A DNA stretch of 64,000 nt from Octopus vulgaris (lineage: Eukaryota). Positions 1 to 13,368 of the stretch are shown here, piece after piece; position 1 is the stretch's first letter; each line of letters opens with the position of its first letter. The translations under genes were made by a program, and so were the position numbers. The notes under the pieces were generated by a model. The model ran no database searches. It was not told the origin of the DNA and saw only the letters and a list, made by a program, of their open reading frames with translations. The stretch is taken from assembly GCA_951406725.2 (NCBI GenBank), contig OX597818.1, positions 138,508,001-138,572,000 of the forward strand. Direction: 5' to 3'.

Positions 1-51
1 GCTACTAGAATGATAGTAGTGGTGGTGGTAACATCAAAGATAATAATACTA

Positions 52-83
<32 letters not shown>

Positions 84-358
84 ATGGTGGTGGTGGCGGT
101 GGTAGTTGTTACTATAGTCGTCATCGTTGTTGTGGTGACGAGGGTAGAAGTAATAGTAGTAGCCGCTGCAGTGGCGTTGGCAGCGATGACAGTGGTGGTG
201 GTGGTGGTGGTGGTGGTGGTGGTGGTGGTTGTTGCTGTTGTTGTTGTGGTGATGGTAGTGGTGGTGGTGGTAGTGGCGGTGGTTGTGGCGGTGGCAGTAG
301 CAGTGGTGGTTGTCGCCGTCATCGTCGTCGTCATCGTTGTGGTGATGATGGTAGTAGC

Positions 359-403
<45 letters not shown>

Positions 404-425
404 CGTAATGATGGTAACAGTAATA
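1..425. repeat. Compound trinucleotide microsatellite (GTG/GTA/GTT)n
   Basis: Visible directly; produces the poly-V and poly-T ORFs. Confidence 0.95.
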
Positions 426-1045
426 ACAGACTTCCTACATCTTATCTCAATGTTTATTTTATAGTTTCATTTTATTTTAGTTTCTGTTCACATCCAAGGG
501 GGCTTTTTTTTTTTTCAAGTTTTTTCTTTAAAATTTGTATTTTTAATAACAGCTATATTTTGTTGTTGTTGTTACTGCTGTGGTTTCATTTGTCTTCTTC
601 TTAATGTTATCTTTCAATTTATATTTTCTCCCTCATATGCTGGTTCTTGCAAAAATGAACTTACACATAGACCCACCTGAGTGTATGTGTGTTTAAATAT
701 AGTAGTAGACAGATGCATCTGAACTTAGGCAGTACAATTTTAGTTCATCTATACTAGATATTCCATTTTCAGAGAGGGCACAACTTACACAGCGGGTAGT
801 CGGTGCTATGGCTTTATGCCGGTAAGAATTAAACAAACAAGAGGAGTGGCTGAAGTAGATGCTAGAATTGCAGGTGCTTGTAGAGAAATGCATCACTTCC
901 AGCATTTGGTCCTCATAAGAGGAGAAGTGGGCTACCTCTTTTAGCATTTAAAACCAGCCATATCCAGCCAAAATATTCTATGTGCTTGATGTTCAAACTG
1001 GCCAGATCTGACATCTCACCAGGGGCATATATTCCAGTGTGCTAG

Positions 1046-1162
1046 GTGGAGCTTTAGGTGTTTTCGCTCAATAAACACATACAACGCCCGGTCTGGGAAT
1101 CGAAACCGCGATCCTCCGACCGCGAGTCCGCTGCCCTAACCACTGGGCCATTGCACCTCCAC
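1046..1162 (-). mobile_element. SINE family B head fragment (tRNA-derived)
   Basis: Reverse complement of GTGGAGGCGCAATGGCCCAGTGGTTAGGGCAGCGGACTCGCGGTC...GGTTTCGATTCCCAGACCGGGCG with box A/box B; matches copies at 6002, 10698, 11463, 46585. Confidence 0.85.
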
Positions 1163-1426
1163 TTTATTTTTATAGTACCAATCTGGATACTTATTGATCA
1201 GACCTTGTATATATATGGCCATTACATGTAATACAAGCAGTATTGGATTAAAATAGCCATATTTGTATCATACTTAATGTAAATACATCACAACAGGCAA
1301 ATCTATTGCAGTATTTGTTCAGACAAAAAGAAATATCTTAGGGACATGTGTTTAAAACCACAATGTTATTTATCAGACTGAGACAAAAATCATCTCAGCA
1401 GTAATCAGCAAGAATGCCAGATGTAT

Positions 1427-1466
<40 letters not shown>

Positions 1467-1660
1467 GTCTGTGTGTGTTTAATAGTCGCACAGACTCTCC
1501 CACAGAGTAATTGTTTTAGTACCAACACACAATATCTGAAATTGTATCACACGACAAAAATTTGCAACTCTGAAGAAATTATAATCCTTTTTTGTTTAAT
1601 ATGGAATTTTTTTTTTTCACCACAGAACTGGTTTACATTATCTTCCTTGACAGGGATAGC

Positions 1661-1716
<56 letters not shown>

Positions 1717-2410
1717 AGAGAGAGAGAGAGAAAGGAGAGAACTATTTTGGCAATATTTTTTCAGAGGATGTTTGTAAACAAACCATCAGGCAATGTGGAA
1801 AAAGGATGGTAATGGTCATGGTGGTGGTGGTGATGGTGGTGGTCGTGGTCGTGGTGATGGTGGTCTTGGTGGTGGAAATGGTAATAAAGAGAGAGGGTAG
1901 GGGGAACTGAAGAATAAATAAGTAAATAAATAAATAAATATTTGAAAAAAAAAAAGTTTCAAAAGCAATATTTTTTTCCTCCCAAACTCTTGAAATGTAG
2001 CTGGTACTGCCACCTAAATTACTAATTTTGGAAAATTGGATTTTTTTTTATCTTTTCTTTTTTTTGTTTCTACAGAATAGACAGAAAAAGGGAAATATAT
2101 TTCTTAGTCCCTTAGGGATACTTTAAAAATTAACAAGGAGCACATTGAAAATAGCTCTTGGTATGAATCTTTCTTTAGTAGCTCCTGTCGTTTTTTTTCT
2201 TATCTTTCCTTCTTTATTTTTAGGGTGGAGAAAGAGGGGGATGATGGTGCAGTATATTTGTATTTAGAGGGGGCAAGAAGAAGAGTGTGTTTATAGTTGT
2301 ATGAGAGAGAAGAGAAGAGAGAGAATCTGAGACGAAGGGCAAGTAGGAAAAAGAAAAGCAGGAAAAGAAAACAGGAAGAAATGTACTCTCCTCTCTTTCC
2401 TCGTCCTCTG

Positions 2411-2453
<43 letters not shown>

Positions 2454-2734
2454 GTCTATCTATCTGTCTATCTATCTGTCTATCTCTGTCACACTTGTAA
2501 ACCTTTCTTTTTCATTTGCAACACAATCAGTCCCCTACACATACATACACCTCTACACACACACACTCACACACATACCAGTTACAGTAGCTCTTATGGT
2601 ATACGTCTTATTGAATTTCCCTAGTAAACATACAGTCTAAGATCTATCTTAAACTAAGGAGAACAAAATGGATGCAGTGATAATCATGCCCTAATATTTT
2701 TTTATATATATATATACATACAGAGATAGAGGCA

Positions 2735-3236
2735 ACACAGCTGTGACTGTTTGGTAAGAAGGTTGCTTCCCAACTACATGGTTCTAGGTTCAGTCTCACT
2801 GTATGGCACCTTGAGCAAATGTCTTCTACTATAGCCCTGGGCTAATCAAAGCCTTGTGAGAGGATTTGGTAGATGGAAACTAGAAGAAGCACATCATATA
2901 TATATATATGTATGTATGAAATGTATGTATGTATGTATGTATGTATGTATGTATGTATGTATGTATGTATGTATGTATGTATGTATGTATGTGTGTATGT
3001 ATGTATGTATGTATGTATGTATGAGTGTGTGTGTGCGTGTCTTTGTGTCTGTGTTTGTCTCCCCATCATTGCTTGACAACCGGTGTTGCCATGCTTATGT
3101 CCTCATAGCTTTGAGGTTTGGCAAAAAAGATTGATAGAATAAGTACTAGGTTTAAAAAAAGTCCTGAGGTCTCTCAGGTGATGCTCCAGCATGGTCACAG
3201 TCAAATGACTGAAACAAGTAAAAGAATAAAAGAATA
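2735..3236 (+). mobile_element. SINE family A (tRNA head, internal microsatellite, GTAAAAGA tail), diverged copy
   Basis: Head TGGTAAGAAG..GGTTCAGTCTCAC, internal (TATG)n, tail CAGCATGGTCACAGTCAAATGACTGAAACAAGTAAAAGA; homologous to 19194-19632. Confidence 0.85.
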
Positions 3237-3266
3237 TATATATATAATATATATATATATATATAA

Positions 3267-3317
<51 letters not shown>

Positions 3318-3515
3318 TTCTACAAAGGAATTCTTAAATGCAGGAGGGCTGTGAAGACAGCCTAGAAAATCAGGTAACTACCCTTTAGAAGACATAAGAA
3401 CGTGGCCAGTAAGCTTCCACAGTGAATCGAACCCTGCACCACTCAATCCCTATGTGACAGTATGACTTCAATAAATGAATGACAAAAAAGAAAAATAACA
3501 GGGGTTTATTTCATT

Positions 3516-3596
3516 AGCTTACAGCTGTTTCTGCTGTAAGAAACAATGCACTCAGAGCTCTGTGCTTGTACTACATCTTATAACTTCCTTGGAGCC
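3516..3596 (-). mobile_element. Penelope-type pLTR remnant with degenerate hammerhead-like motif
   Basis: Minus strand reads GGCT-ccaagga-[GTTATAAGA...TCTTACAGC stem]-aGAAAC-AGCT-GTA-AGCT; 5' core decayed. Confidence 0.5.
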
Positions 3597-3732
3597 ACAA
3601 AATTGAAGTGTATGTTTATTTCGGAAAGCAATTAAATACATGGAGTTGGTTCCTCCTGACGCTTTGCTCCAAAGCATCGAGTTTACTGAGTTCTAACAAC
3701 TGGTTATTATCACTATACCTAAGTGAAATCAT

Positions 3733-3813
<81 letters not shown>

Positions 3814-4571
3814 GTACACACACATACATGCACACTCATTCACACACACTTGCACAAACGCACTCTCATACTCATACACACACACAAACACCCACTAACA
3901 TATATGTTCACACATTTGACTATATTTTGATTTGATTGAAGACACACCCATGTTTCAGCAGGGGATAGTTAGTGAAAGAAACTGTTTAGCTTAACCAAAC
4001 AACATTAGCCAAATTTCTATCCCTTAAAATATGAAATATGATACAGCAAGTGAGTACATATTATTTATATGCAATGAACTTTCTACAATAATTATAATGC
4101 AGGCTACCTTGGTGAATTGATATCAAAAGATAAAATCTTTTTTAAAAATGCCAACTTCTCCATAAAAACAGCAGTAGTCATGAAATATTGCAAAATAAAT
4201 TTGCAAAATAAATTTGCGAAACTACATAAATAAATGGAATTTGGAATGAAGTTTTATATAATGATGTCTTGTAAATGTTGAAGACTTGGAAATCTTGTGA
4301 AGCTAGCAGAAAGTTCAGCTGTGAACTGTTTCTTGTCCATGTTGTGTATCCTCCTTCTAGTTCTTTAGTTGCTACTGCAATGTTTACTGTTCCTCTGTAT
4401 ATCACCTGATCTATCCATCTATCATTTCCTTTTCTCGCCTAAACTACTCTATAATTAATCACAGATATTACTGATGTTGCAAGGATGTATAGATTCTGAG
4501 AATATTATAGTAATTTTTTTTTTTTAATTAAGGGGACTTGGAATGTTTTGATGTGTTTTTATTTATAATGC

Positions 4572-4944
4572 ACAAGCAAAATGCCACCCCACCCCCGTCC
4601 AATGGATGGTGCTGAGTTGTCAAACATTTAAACCAAATTTTCTCAAAACAACTTGTCCGACTGTCCCATAGGCCTCCCCTTTGAGAAACACTGATTTAAC
4701 CTAAATTTGAGACACTGGCAAAAGATGGATTTCAACTGATGTACTTACACGTACAAATGCACGTTCCCACGGCTTTATCGATCGCATTCTCACCTAGAAT
4801 CAATTTTTGTAAATTTTTAAAGACTTATACATGCCCTGATACCGTCAGTATCTAAATATCAAATTTGAGTGCAAGTGGATGGAGGACGCCCAAGATCCTA
4901 GATGACACACACACAGACAAACAGAATGGATTTTATATAATAGA
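4572..4944 (-). mobile_element. Non-autonomous Helitron-like element (second family)
   Basis: Minus strand starts A|TCTATTATATAAAA; the distal end has a GC-rich segment and CTTG|T; second partial copy at 40753-40960. Confidence 0.55.
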
Positions 4945-5060
4945 TGTATACTTGCATAGTGGGAAGGATATATATTTTTGTGTGTGTGTGTGTGTGTGTG
5001 TAAACAATACTGGTATGTAATGTATGCATGAGTGAAGAGAAAATGTGTGTGTACATAATA

Positions 5061-5971
5061 TATGAGTTAGTATCAAAAATTCCCGGACTAGCTCAGTAGT
5101 GCACCATCATACTGCAGCACACAGTTACGTGCACACTGAGAGCTAGCAGTGACCTTCATGATGCAGTGTGCCAAAGTGACATTGCTGTGTTTACTTTGCA
5201 AGTTGTCAAATTTGTATTTTTGTGATCACATGTATGCTGTAGTCTGCAATTTTGTCATGAACAGAAACAAAGAACCAATGTGAAATTTTGCATTAAACTT
5301 GGGAAGTCTGGTACAGAGACATTGAGCATGCTATGGCAAGCTTACAGAGATGAAGCAATGGGTGACACTCAATGTTTCAAGTGACATGGGTGCTTCTAAA
5401 GTGGAAGAACATCCCTTGAAGACGATGAACAGGCTTCCAGATCTGGGTGACCTGCCATGAACGTCACCCCTGGAAATGTGGTATTGAGCATCGAGAATTT
5501 GTCCCCCAGGGCAAGACCATCAATTGAGAATTCTACGGTGACGTTTTGAAGCATTTGTGGAAGGACATTTAGCAAAAGTGACCAGATCTGTGGAGAGCAC
5601 AGAATTGGATTCTTCACGTAGCTCTCCTGACTTGTGAATTTCCCACTGAAAACAACATGGTATCACTTCCACACCCACCTTCTTCACCAGTTTAAACACC
5701 TGCAGATTTCCATCTATTTCCCAAGATGAAAATGCCATTCTAAGGTCACTGTTTTAACATCATTGTTGAAATCCATAGCAAATTGCAGAAGGTCCTCAAC
5801 TCGCTTATGAAAAATGACTTCTAGGCTGGATTTGAAAAGTGGAGGAATGGTGGCACCAGAGTATTGCTGTGCAAGGTGACTATTTCAAAGAAGATGATGA
5901 TAAAACTTTGGTAAATAAGTCATTTTCTATTACACATCACTAATCCGGTAACCTTTTGATACCATCTCATA
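5061..5971 (+). mobile_element. Decayed, internally deleted mariner transposon (transposase pseudogene)
   Basis: ~30-bp imperfect TIRs (TATGAGTTAGTATCAAAAATTCCCGGACTAG / rc TATGAGATGGTATCAAAAGGTTACCGGATTAG) with TA ends. Broken translation: QRTNVKFCIKLGKSGTETLSML..SGRTSLEDDE; HREFVPQGKTIN*EFYGDVLKHL..WILH; HPPSSPV*TPADFHLFPKMK (YSPDLAP motif region). Many stops. Confidence 0.92.
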
Positions 5972-6001
5972 CGTAATGCATGCACATGCATATATATTTT
6001 T

Positions 6002-6390
6002 GTGTGGAGGCGCAATGACCCACTGGATAGGGCAGTGGACTCGCGGTCATAGGATCGCGGTTTCGATTTCCAGACCGGGCGTTGTGAGTGTTTATTGAGC
6101 GAAAACACCTAAAAAGCTCCACGAGGCTCTGGCAGGGATGGTGGTGATCCCTGCTGTACTCTTTCACCACAACTTTCTCTCACTCTTACTTCCTGTTTCT
6201 GTTGTACCTGTATTTCAAGGGGCCGGCCTTGTCACTCTCTGTGTCACGCTGAATATCCCCGAGAACTACGTTAAGGGTGCACGTGTCTGTGGAGTGCTCA
6301 GCCACTTACACGTTAATTTCATGAGCAGGCTGTTCCGTTGATTCGGATCAACCGGAAACCTCATCGTCGTAACCGACGGAGTGCTTCCAC
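6002..6390 (+). mobile_element. SINE family B, full length, tail type 1
   Basis: tRNA-like head with box A/B; 3' part ends ..GTCGTAACCGACGGAGTGCTTCCA; homolog at 31258-31610. Confidence 0.88.
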
Positions 6391-6588
6391 CCCATATATG
6401 TTTGTGTGATGTTTGTATGCAGTGTGTGCAATGGAAGAGGATGTGTACATGTGTATGTAACATGTAATGCATGTGTGAAGGTATGTGTGTGTTTGTGTAT
6501 GTGTGTATGTAATGCGTGCTAAAGGATGGATGCATGCATCAGTACATAGTGTGTGGAATATGTTTGCGAAGATGTTTAATGTGTATAT

Positions 6589-6630
<42 letters not shown>

Positions 6631-7088
6631 GTTTGTGTAAAGGTTGTGTGGACATGTGCATATGCATGCAATATGCATTATATGTGTAATATGCTTGGGC
6701 ATGTGCATTTGAAATACATTTGTGTAATGTGTGCATATACATTTTATACACATGCATGTGTGAATGTATGTGGGAGTGTATGTATGTATGTGTGTTCATG
6801 CGCAATGGTTTTTCACTCAACGCAGTAAATTAACGAATGAGATGCAAGCCAGAAATTATAGCCCAAGTGTGCCCCAAAATGTTAACGACCTACTAACACT
6901 CCCCTACAGTTTACCTGTGCTCTCTTTAGCCTACCTGAGCTGTCTTGAGCTGTCTTGAGCCTACATGCTTCCCTTCCTGTGTCTTGGTCATTAGCGTGTC
7001 CCTCAGTAATCAATATCTTTCACGTAACTTCCTGTGTAATCAATAACACATGCATACGACTACCATCACAGCATCTCGCCTCAGCTAT

Positions 7089-7089
<1 letters not shown>

Positions 7090-7132
<43 letters not shown>

Positions 7133-7890
7133 CCTTCAACATCATTTCATCATCATCTAATCATCATCTCATCACCATCTTGTGACAGATCACTAGCACA
7201 ACATCACTTCTACTACTACTACTACTACTACTACAACTACCAGTACTATTAGCACTACTACTGTCACCACCACTACAACTACCACCACCTACTACCATCA
7301 CCATTATTATTATCATTACCACCACTACCACAATCACCACTACTGCCAACATCACCACCACCACCAAAAACAACAATACCAAACCACCACAACTATTACC
7401 ACCATTACAACTACTACAACAGCCATTGTCACCACCACCACCACCACTACCACCACCAACACAATGCCACTACTAGTCGATGCTATCTCTACAAACATCA
7501 TCATCATCATCATCATCATCATCAACAGTATCGACGTCAACAAACTCGTTACCACAGCTACAACAATGCCAACACTACCACTCAAGCATCACCATAACAA
7601 CTGCCGAAAATAATACCATCACCATCAATGCCACCCCACCCATACCACACCACACCATACACCACCTAGTACTATCACCAATACCATAACTACCACCATT
7701 AGGACTGCCACTACCACATAAGTATTGCTCCCACCACTGTCCAGCACTACTGCAATTTACTAGCACCAATACCATCACTATCCAGTATTGTCACTAATAT
7801 TGTGACCACCAACACCACTACCACCAACACCACTACCACCACGAACACCACCACGAACACCACTACCACCACAACAACCACAACCATCAG
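7090..7890. repeat. Degenerate (CAT/CAC/TAC)n trinucleotide region
   Basis: Visible directly. Confidence 0.9.
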
Positions 7891-8169
7891 CACTACTATC
7901 GCTACTTAAATATATTTGCCACCATCATCCAGTACTATCACCTATACCTCAACCCTCTTCCAAATGTCACCACCAGAAAGTACTACCAGAGATTTTGCTA
8001 CTATCTAGCACTTCCATCTATACCATGCTACTCCTCCACCACTGCTTTTACTAACACCAATACTTTCGTCACTACATAAGTACTACAACCAACACTTTAA
8101 ATAATAACCCCAATGATATCACCACTAACACCACCACCATCACCACAACTTCTTACCACCACCTCTGTT

Positions 8170-8558
8170 GTTTTCTCTCTCTCTCTCCCACTCTTTCTTT
8201 CTCTCTCACTTTCTCTCTCTTTCTGTCTGTCTGTCTCTCTCTCTCTCCCTTTCTCTTTGTCTGTCTCTCTCTCTCACTCTCTCTCCCTCTCCATATCTTT
8301 CTTTCTCTCTCTGTCACTGTCTGTTTATCTCTCTCTTTCTCTCTCAATTTCTGTCTCTCTCTTTCCCTTTCAATTTCTATCTCTCTCTTTCTCTCTCAAT
8401 TTCTGCCTCTCGTGGTCTTTGCTTTTCTCTATCTCTCTCCCTCTCTTTCTTTCTCCCTCTCTCTCTCTCTCTCTTTCTCTCTCTGTCTCTCCCTCCCTCC
8501 CACTATCTCTCTCTTTTTCTTTCCCCCCACTCTCCCTCTCTCCCTTCTCTCCCTCTCC
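8170..8558. repeat. Degenerate (CT)n polypyrimidine tract
   Basis: Visible directly. Confidence 0.9.
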
Positions 8559-9146
8559 GCAATGACCCATGGAGACAAGTAGAACATTTATTGGACAATT
8601 AGCTAAACTGCCACTTGCAGCTGGTGTCGAGTGAAACTGCATATTTGACCATTACTTTCAGCTAATGTCATCATTAGTGCAGCAAATGCAGAAAATACCA
8701 TGTAGCGCATGATTGCACCAGCACTGAAAAAGATGACTGACAAGAAAAATACAGACTGACACAATGTTACAATTGCAAACCTATTTTCTTTTTGTTGTTG
8801 TTTTGTTGCAAGTGGGTGTGTCTGCATGTGTGTGTGCTTTGTGGAGATGTATGAGTGAGATGTGTATTGTGGGTAAATATGTGTGTATGTATGTAATTAT
8901 ATATGTATGTATGTATGTATGTGTGGTATATGTTGTGTGTGTGTCGGTGTCTAGAGTATTGAATACTGAATATGTGCACATGAGCAGCGTGAAGTGAATG
9001 CGTGTATTTGTAATGCATATATATGCGGTGTGCATGTATGACATGTCGTTGTTGTCGTCATTGTCGTCATCAGCATCATTTAATGTCCATTTTCCATGGT
9101 GGTATGGGCTGGACATTTTGACAGGAGCCGGCCAACCATATATGTG

Positions 9147-9191
<45 letters not shown>

Positions 9192-9309
9192 ATTATATAT
9201 ATCATCATCGTCATTATTGTTTAACATCCACGATGATGATGATATATATATATATCATCATCATTATCATCATCATCATCATCATCATCATCCTCCTCCT
9301 CCTCCTCCT

Positions 9310-9645
9310 CATCATCATCATCATCATTTAACGTCCATTGTCCATGCTGGAATGGGTTGGATGGTTTGACCAGGACTGGCAAGCTGAGGGGTTGCACCAG
9401 ACCCCAGTTTTATTTAGCATGGTATCTATGGTTGGATGTTCTTCCTAATGCCAACCACTCCAAGAGCGTAATGGGTGCTTTTTACATGCCGCTGGCACGG
9501 GTGCCATTTGCATGACACCAGTATCTACCATGACTACAATTTCACTTGGCTTGATGAGTCTTCCACTCAAGCCCCGGCATATTGCAGAAGGTCTCAGTTA
9601 TTTGTCATTGCATCCATGTGACCCAAAACTCGAAAGGTGCTTTTT
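9310..9645 (-). mobile_element. RTE-type LINE 3' end with (GAT)n tail, diverged
   Basis: Reverse complement of the 3' region seen at 15000-15300. Confidence 0.75.
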
Positions 9646-9733
<88 letters not shown>

Positions 9734-10424
9734 ATGCGTGTGCACAAGTGTATATGCATGTATGTGTGCCTATATATGTATACATATATAAATGTAAGTG
9801 CTCGCACAAACACACACATCATCATCATCATCATCGTTTAATATCCGTCTTCCATGCTAGCATGGGTGGTTCCGTTCCACAAGGGCCAGCCAGTCTGAAG
9901 CTTCTGTGATTATTTTGGCAAGATTCTTACAGCTGAATGCTCTTCCTTGCACCAACCATACAGCAGAGTGGACTTAGTGCTTTTTATGCGGCACAAGTGC
10001 AGGTGTGGTCAGTTTTGGCAAAGGTTTTGCAACTGGATGCCCTTCCAAACACCAACCACTCAGCAGAGTGGACTGGGTGTTTTTAAGTGGCGCCTGCACT
10101 GACAGGGTCATCAAGTACTTGCAAGACAAAAAAATGTGTGTGTGTGTGCATATATCTATATATCATATATAATGAGTATGCAAGTGAGTATGAGTTTTGT
10201 GTCTATATTGATGTGGTCAACATTTTAAAGGGATCAAGCTAGGGAGTCGGATGGTGCTTTTTACGTGCCACCGAAACGGAAGCCAGTCGAGGCGGCACTG
10301 GCTATATATATATATATACACTGTTAGAGAAAGAAAGAAAGAGGTTTTGAGGTGTCCTTTCTTTTATGCTCTTTCTCTCCTACATTAGAAGATGATGATG
10401 GTGGTGGTGATGATTATTGCATAT

Positions 10425-10680
10425 ATACCATTATGCCTATAAAACGGATTTACAAATTCAGTAGCCACACATATCTTTCATCTATTTTCATTCCTCCACC
10501 TCACTCTCTATTTGTATTACATCAAAACTAACTATGACTTAATTTTTCCTCTCACACCGTCTCCGATAAAGGGAGATTATTAATTAATATCCTAGAAACA
10601 ACTGTAAAACCTTCTATCTATAAATGATCTAACATCTATACAGCCTTGGTTTTTTTATCTTACTATGCAAAAAATTCTTA
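10425..10680 (+). mobile_element. Penelope-like element 3' end / pLTR remnant
   Basis: GTCT-CCGATAAAGGGA-[AT-rich hairpin]-TCCT-AGAAACAACTGTAAAAC at 10559-10610 resembles a decayed pLTR hammerhead. Confidence 0.45.
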
Positions 10681-10697
10681 TATATATATATATATAT

Positions 10698-11001
10698 CAC
10701 GTGATCACGTGACTGACCAGACCATCAGATGTTTTACACATCGCTGGTCACAATGCGTTCGCATTGTTTTAGCCTTCGAATGACGCCACCTCGCTGGCTA
10801 AGCAAGCAGGCCAACAGAAGAAAGAGAGAGAGAAAGAGTGGTGAAAGAGTACAGCAGGGATCACCACCCCCTGCCGGAGCCTCGTGGAGCTTTTAGGTGT
10901 TTTCGCTCAATAAACTCACACAACACCCAGTCTGGGAATCGAAACCGCGATCCTACGACCGCGAGTCCGCTGCACTAACCACTAGGCCAATGCGCCTCCA
11001 C
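10698..11001 (-). mobile_element. SINE family B, tail type 2
   Basis: Same head as 6002 but a different 3' part, ending ..GGTCAGTCACGTGATCACGTGA; near-identical to 11463-11765. Confidence 0.88.
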
Positions 11002-11139
11002 TTTTTTTTTTTTAAACACACACAACGTTCGGTCTGGGAATCAAGACCGCGATTCTCCGACCACGAGTCCGCTGCCCTATCCACTGGGCCATTGCGCTCC
11101 ATGCATATATATATATATATATATATATATGATTGACTC

Positions 11140-11433
11140 TCCCGTCGTTAGACAATGTATGAGGTTTCGACAATTACTTAATGAACAACCACACAGATGA
11201 TTTGTTTATAGAGATCAAATATTTGTGTAGACATAAGCTTACTCCCTCCATCAAATTGGCATTACCTGTACAGGTGCAATAGGTGCCACATGTCACATGA
11301 TGAAATGATCATAGAGCAACATGAAATGAAGTGCTTTGCTCAAGAGCACATCGGAATGCCCAGTCTGGGAGTAGAACCCACCATCTCACAATTGTGAGTG
11401 CAACACGTTAACCAGTGAGCTATGCACCTTCAC
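11140..11433 (-). mobile_element. Diverged tRNA-SINE with central CTTGAGCAAAGCACTTCATTTCA domain
   Basis: Homologous to the head and central part of 37050-37310. Confidence 0.6.
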
Positions 11434-11435
11434 AG

Positions 11436-11462
<27 letters not shown>

Positions 11463-11468
<6 letters not shown>

Positions 11469-11765
11469 ATCATGTGACCGACCAGACCATCAGATGTTTT
11501 ACACATCGCTGGTCACAATGCGTTCGCATTGTTTTAGCCTTCGAATGACGCCACCTCGCTGGCTAAGCAAGCAGGCCTTCAGAAGAAAGAGAGAGAGAAA
11601 GAGTGGTGAAAGAGTACAGCAGGGATCACCACCCCCTTCCAGAGCCTCATGGAGCTTTTAGGTGTTTTCGCTCAATAAACACACACAACGCCCGGTCTGG
11701 GAATCGAAACCGCGATCCTACGACTGCGAGTCCGCTGCCCTAACCACTGGGCCATTGCGCCTCCA
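11463..11765 (-). mobile_element. SINE family B, tail type 2
   Basis: Near-identical to 10698-11001. Confidence 0.88.
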
Positions 11766-11825
11766 TATATATATATCTATACTATATAATGTATATATAT
11801 ATATATATGTGTGTATATGTATATA

Positions 11826-11867
<42 letters not shown>

Positions 11868-12303
11868 TATGTATGTATATACATGTGAATGTGTGTGTGA
11901 GTGTGGGCGTCCACCATGAAATATTTGCTAAACTAGCAATAATTATTGCTCCAAGAGAAATCAGGTATAATTCTGTTCTGTGCCATTGATTACACCTCGC
12001 CATCTTCCCATATAACACTAGGGTAGTAAGTGGGGCAGCCACACCAGTTAGTGATGAATTGACAACTAATGATTAATGTTTTCCCTTTTATACACACACC
12101 CACACACACATACACACATATGTGCAAATTCACTTTTACACATGAACGAATATATGTGTATGCATATACACAGAAATATACACACGCACATGCATGCATG
12201 CACACATGCTCACACACACCCCCACGCACACACACATGCAAATTCACACTTACACATGAATAAGTGTGTGTGTATATATATATATACACACACACATATA
12301 TAT

Positions 12304-12338
<35 letters not shown>

Positions 12339-12524
12339 AATGTATGTGCACATGCACACAAACATACATACATAAATGCACATGCACACAAACATACATA
12401 CACACATACAAACAAGCACACATGCGTGCACACACACACACACACACACACATTAACACACACACACACACTTGAATGAGCATTTATGCATGCAAAGTTA
12501 CAAAAGTGATTCACGAAGACATAA

Positions 12525-13095
12525 ACACACACATAGTCTCTTTCTTTCTCCTTCCCTCTCTCTCTCTCCCTCGCATACTCACACACTCACATCTCATGAC
12601 ACACACACACATAGTCTCTTTCTTTCTCCTTCCCTCTCTCTCTCCCTCACATACTCACACACACAAGCACACACACACACACACATAGTCTCTTTCTTTC
12701 TCCTTCCCCCTCTCTCTCTCCCTCACATACTCACACACACACACACATAGTCTCTTTCTTTCTCCTTCCCCCTCTCTCTCTCCCTCACATACTCACACAC
12801 ACACAAGCACACACACACACACACATAGTCTCTTTCTTTCTCCTTCCCCCTCTCTCTCCCTCACATACTCACACACACACAAGCACACACACACACACAT
12901 AGTCTCTTTCTTTCTCCTTCCCTCTCTCTCTCTCACTCACACACTCACACACACACAAGCACACACACACACACATAGTCTCTTTCTTTCTCCCTCCCTC
13001 TCTCTCTCTCCCTCACATACTCACACACACACAAGCACACACACACACACATAGTCTCTTTCTTTCTCCCTCCCTCTCTCTCTCCCTCACATACT

Positions 13096-13126
<31 letters not shown>

Positions 13127-13368
13127 TCTCTTTCTTTCCCCTTCCCTCTCTCTCTCCCTCACATACTCACACACTCACATATCATGACACACGAGCACAC
13201 ACACACACACATAGTCTCTTTCTTTCTCCTTCCCTCTCTCTCTCCCTCACATACTCACACACACACAAGCACACACACACACACACACATAGTCTCTTTC
13301 TTTCTCCTTCTCTCTCTCTCTCTCCCTCACATACTCACACACATATCATGACACACAAGCACACACAC
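12525..13368. repeat. Minisatellite, ~11 copies of a 63-88 bp unit (ACATAGTCTCTTTCTTTCTCCTTCCC(TC)nCCTCACATACT(CA)n)
   Basis: Anchor ACATAGTCTC recurs at about 12531, 12609, 12683, 12745, 12823, 12897, 12973, 13049, 13121, 13209, 13287. Confidence 0.92.

Noticed and set aside
4178-4405. 75-aa ORF on the minus strand
   Set aside because: No recognisable homology and no polypyrimidine acceptor
8603-8827. Signal-peptide-like minus-strand ORF (MRYMVFSAFAALMMTLAES)
   Set aside because: Very short, ends in a stop, and has no splice donor or other support
12525-13368. Regularly spaced repeat resembling a CRISPR array
   Set aside because: The variable parts are only (CA)n/(CT)n length variants
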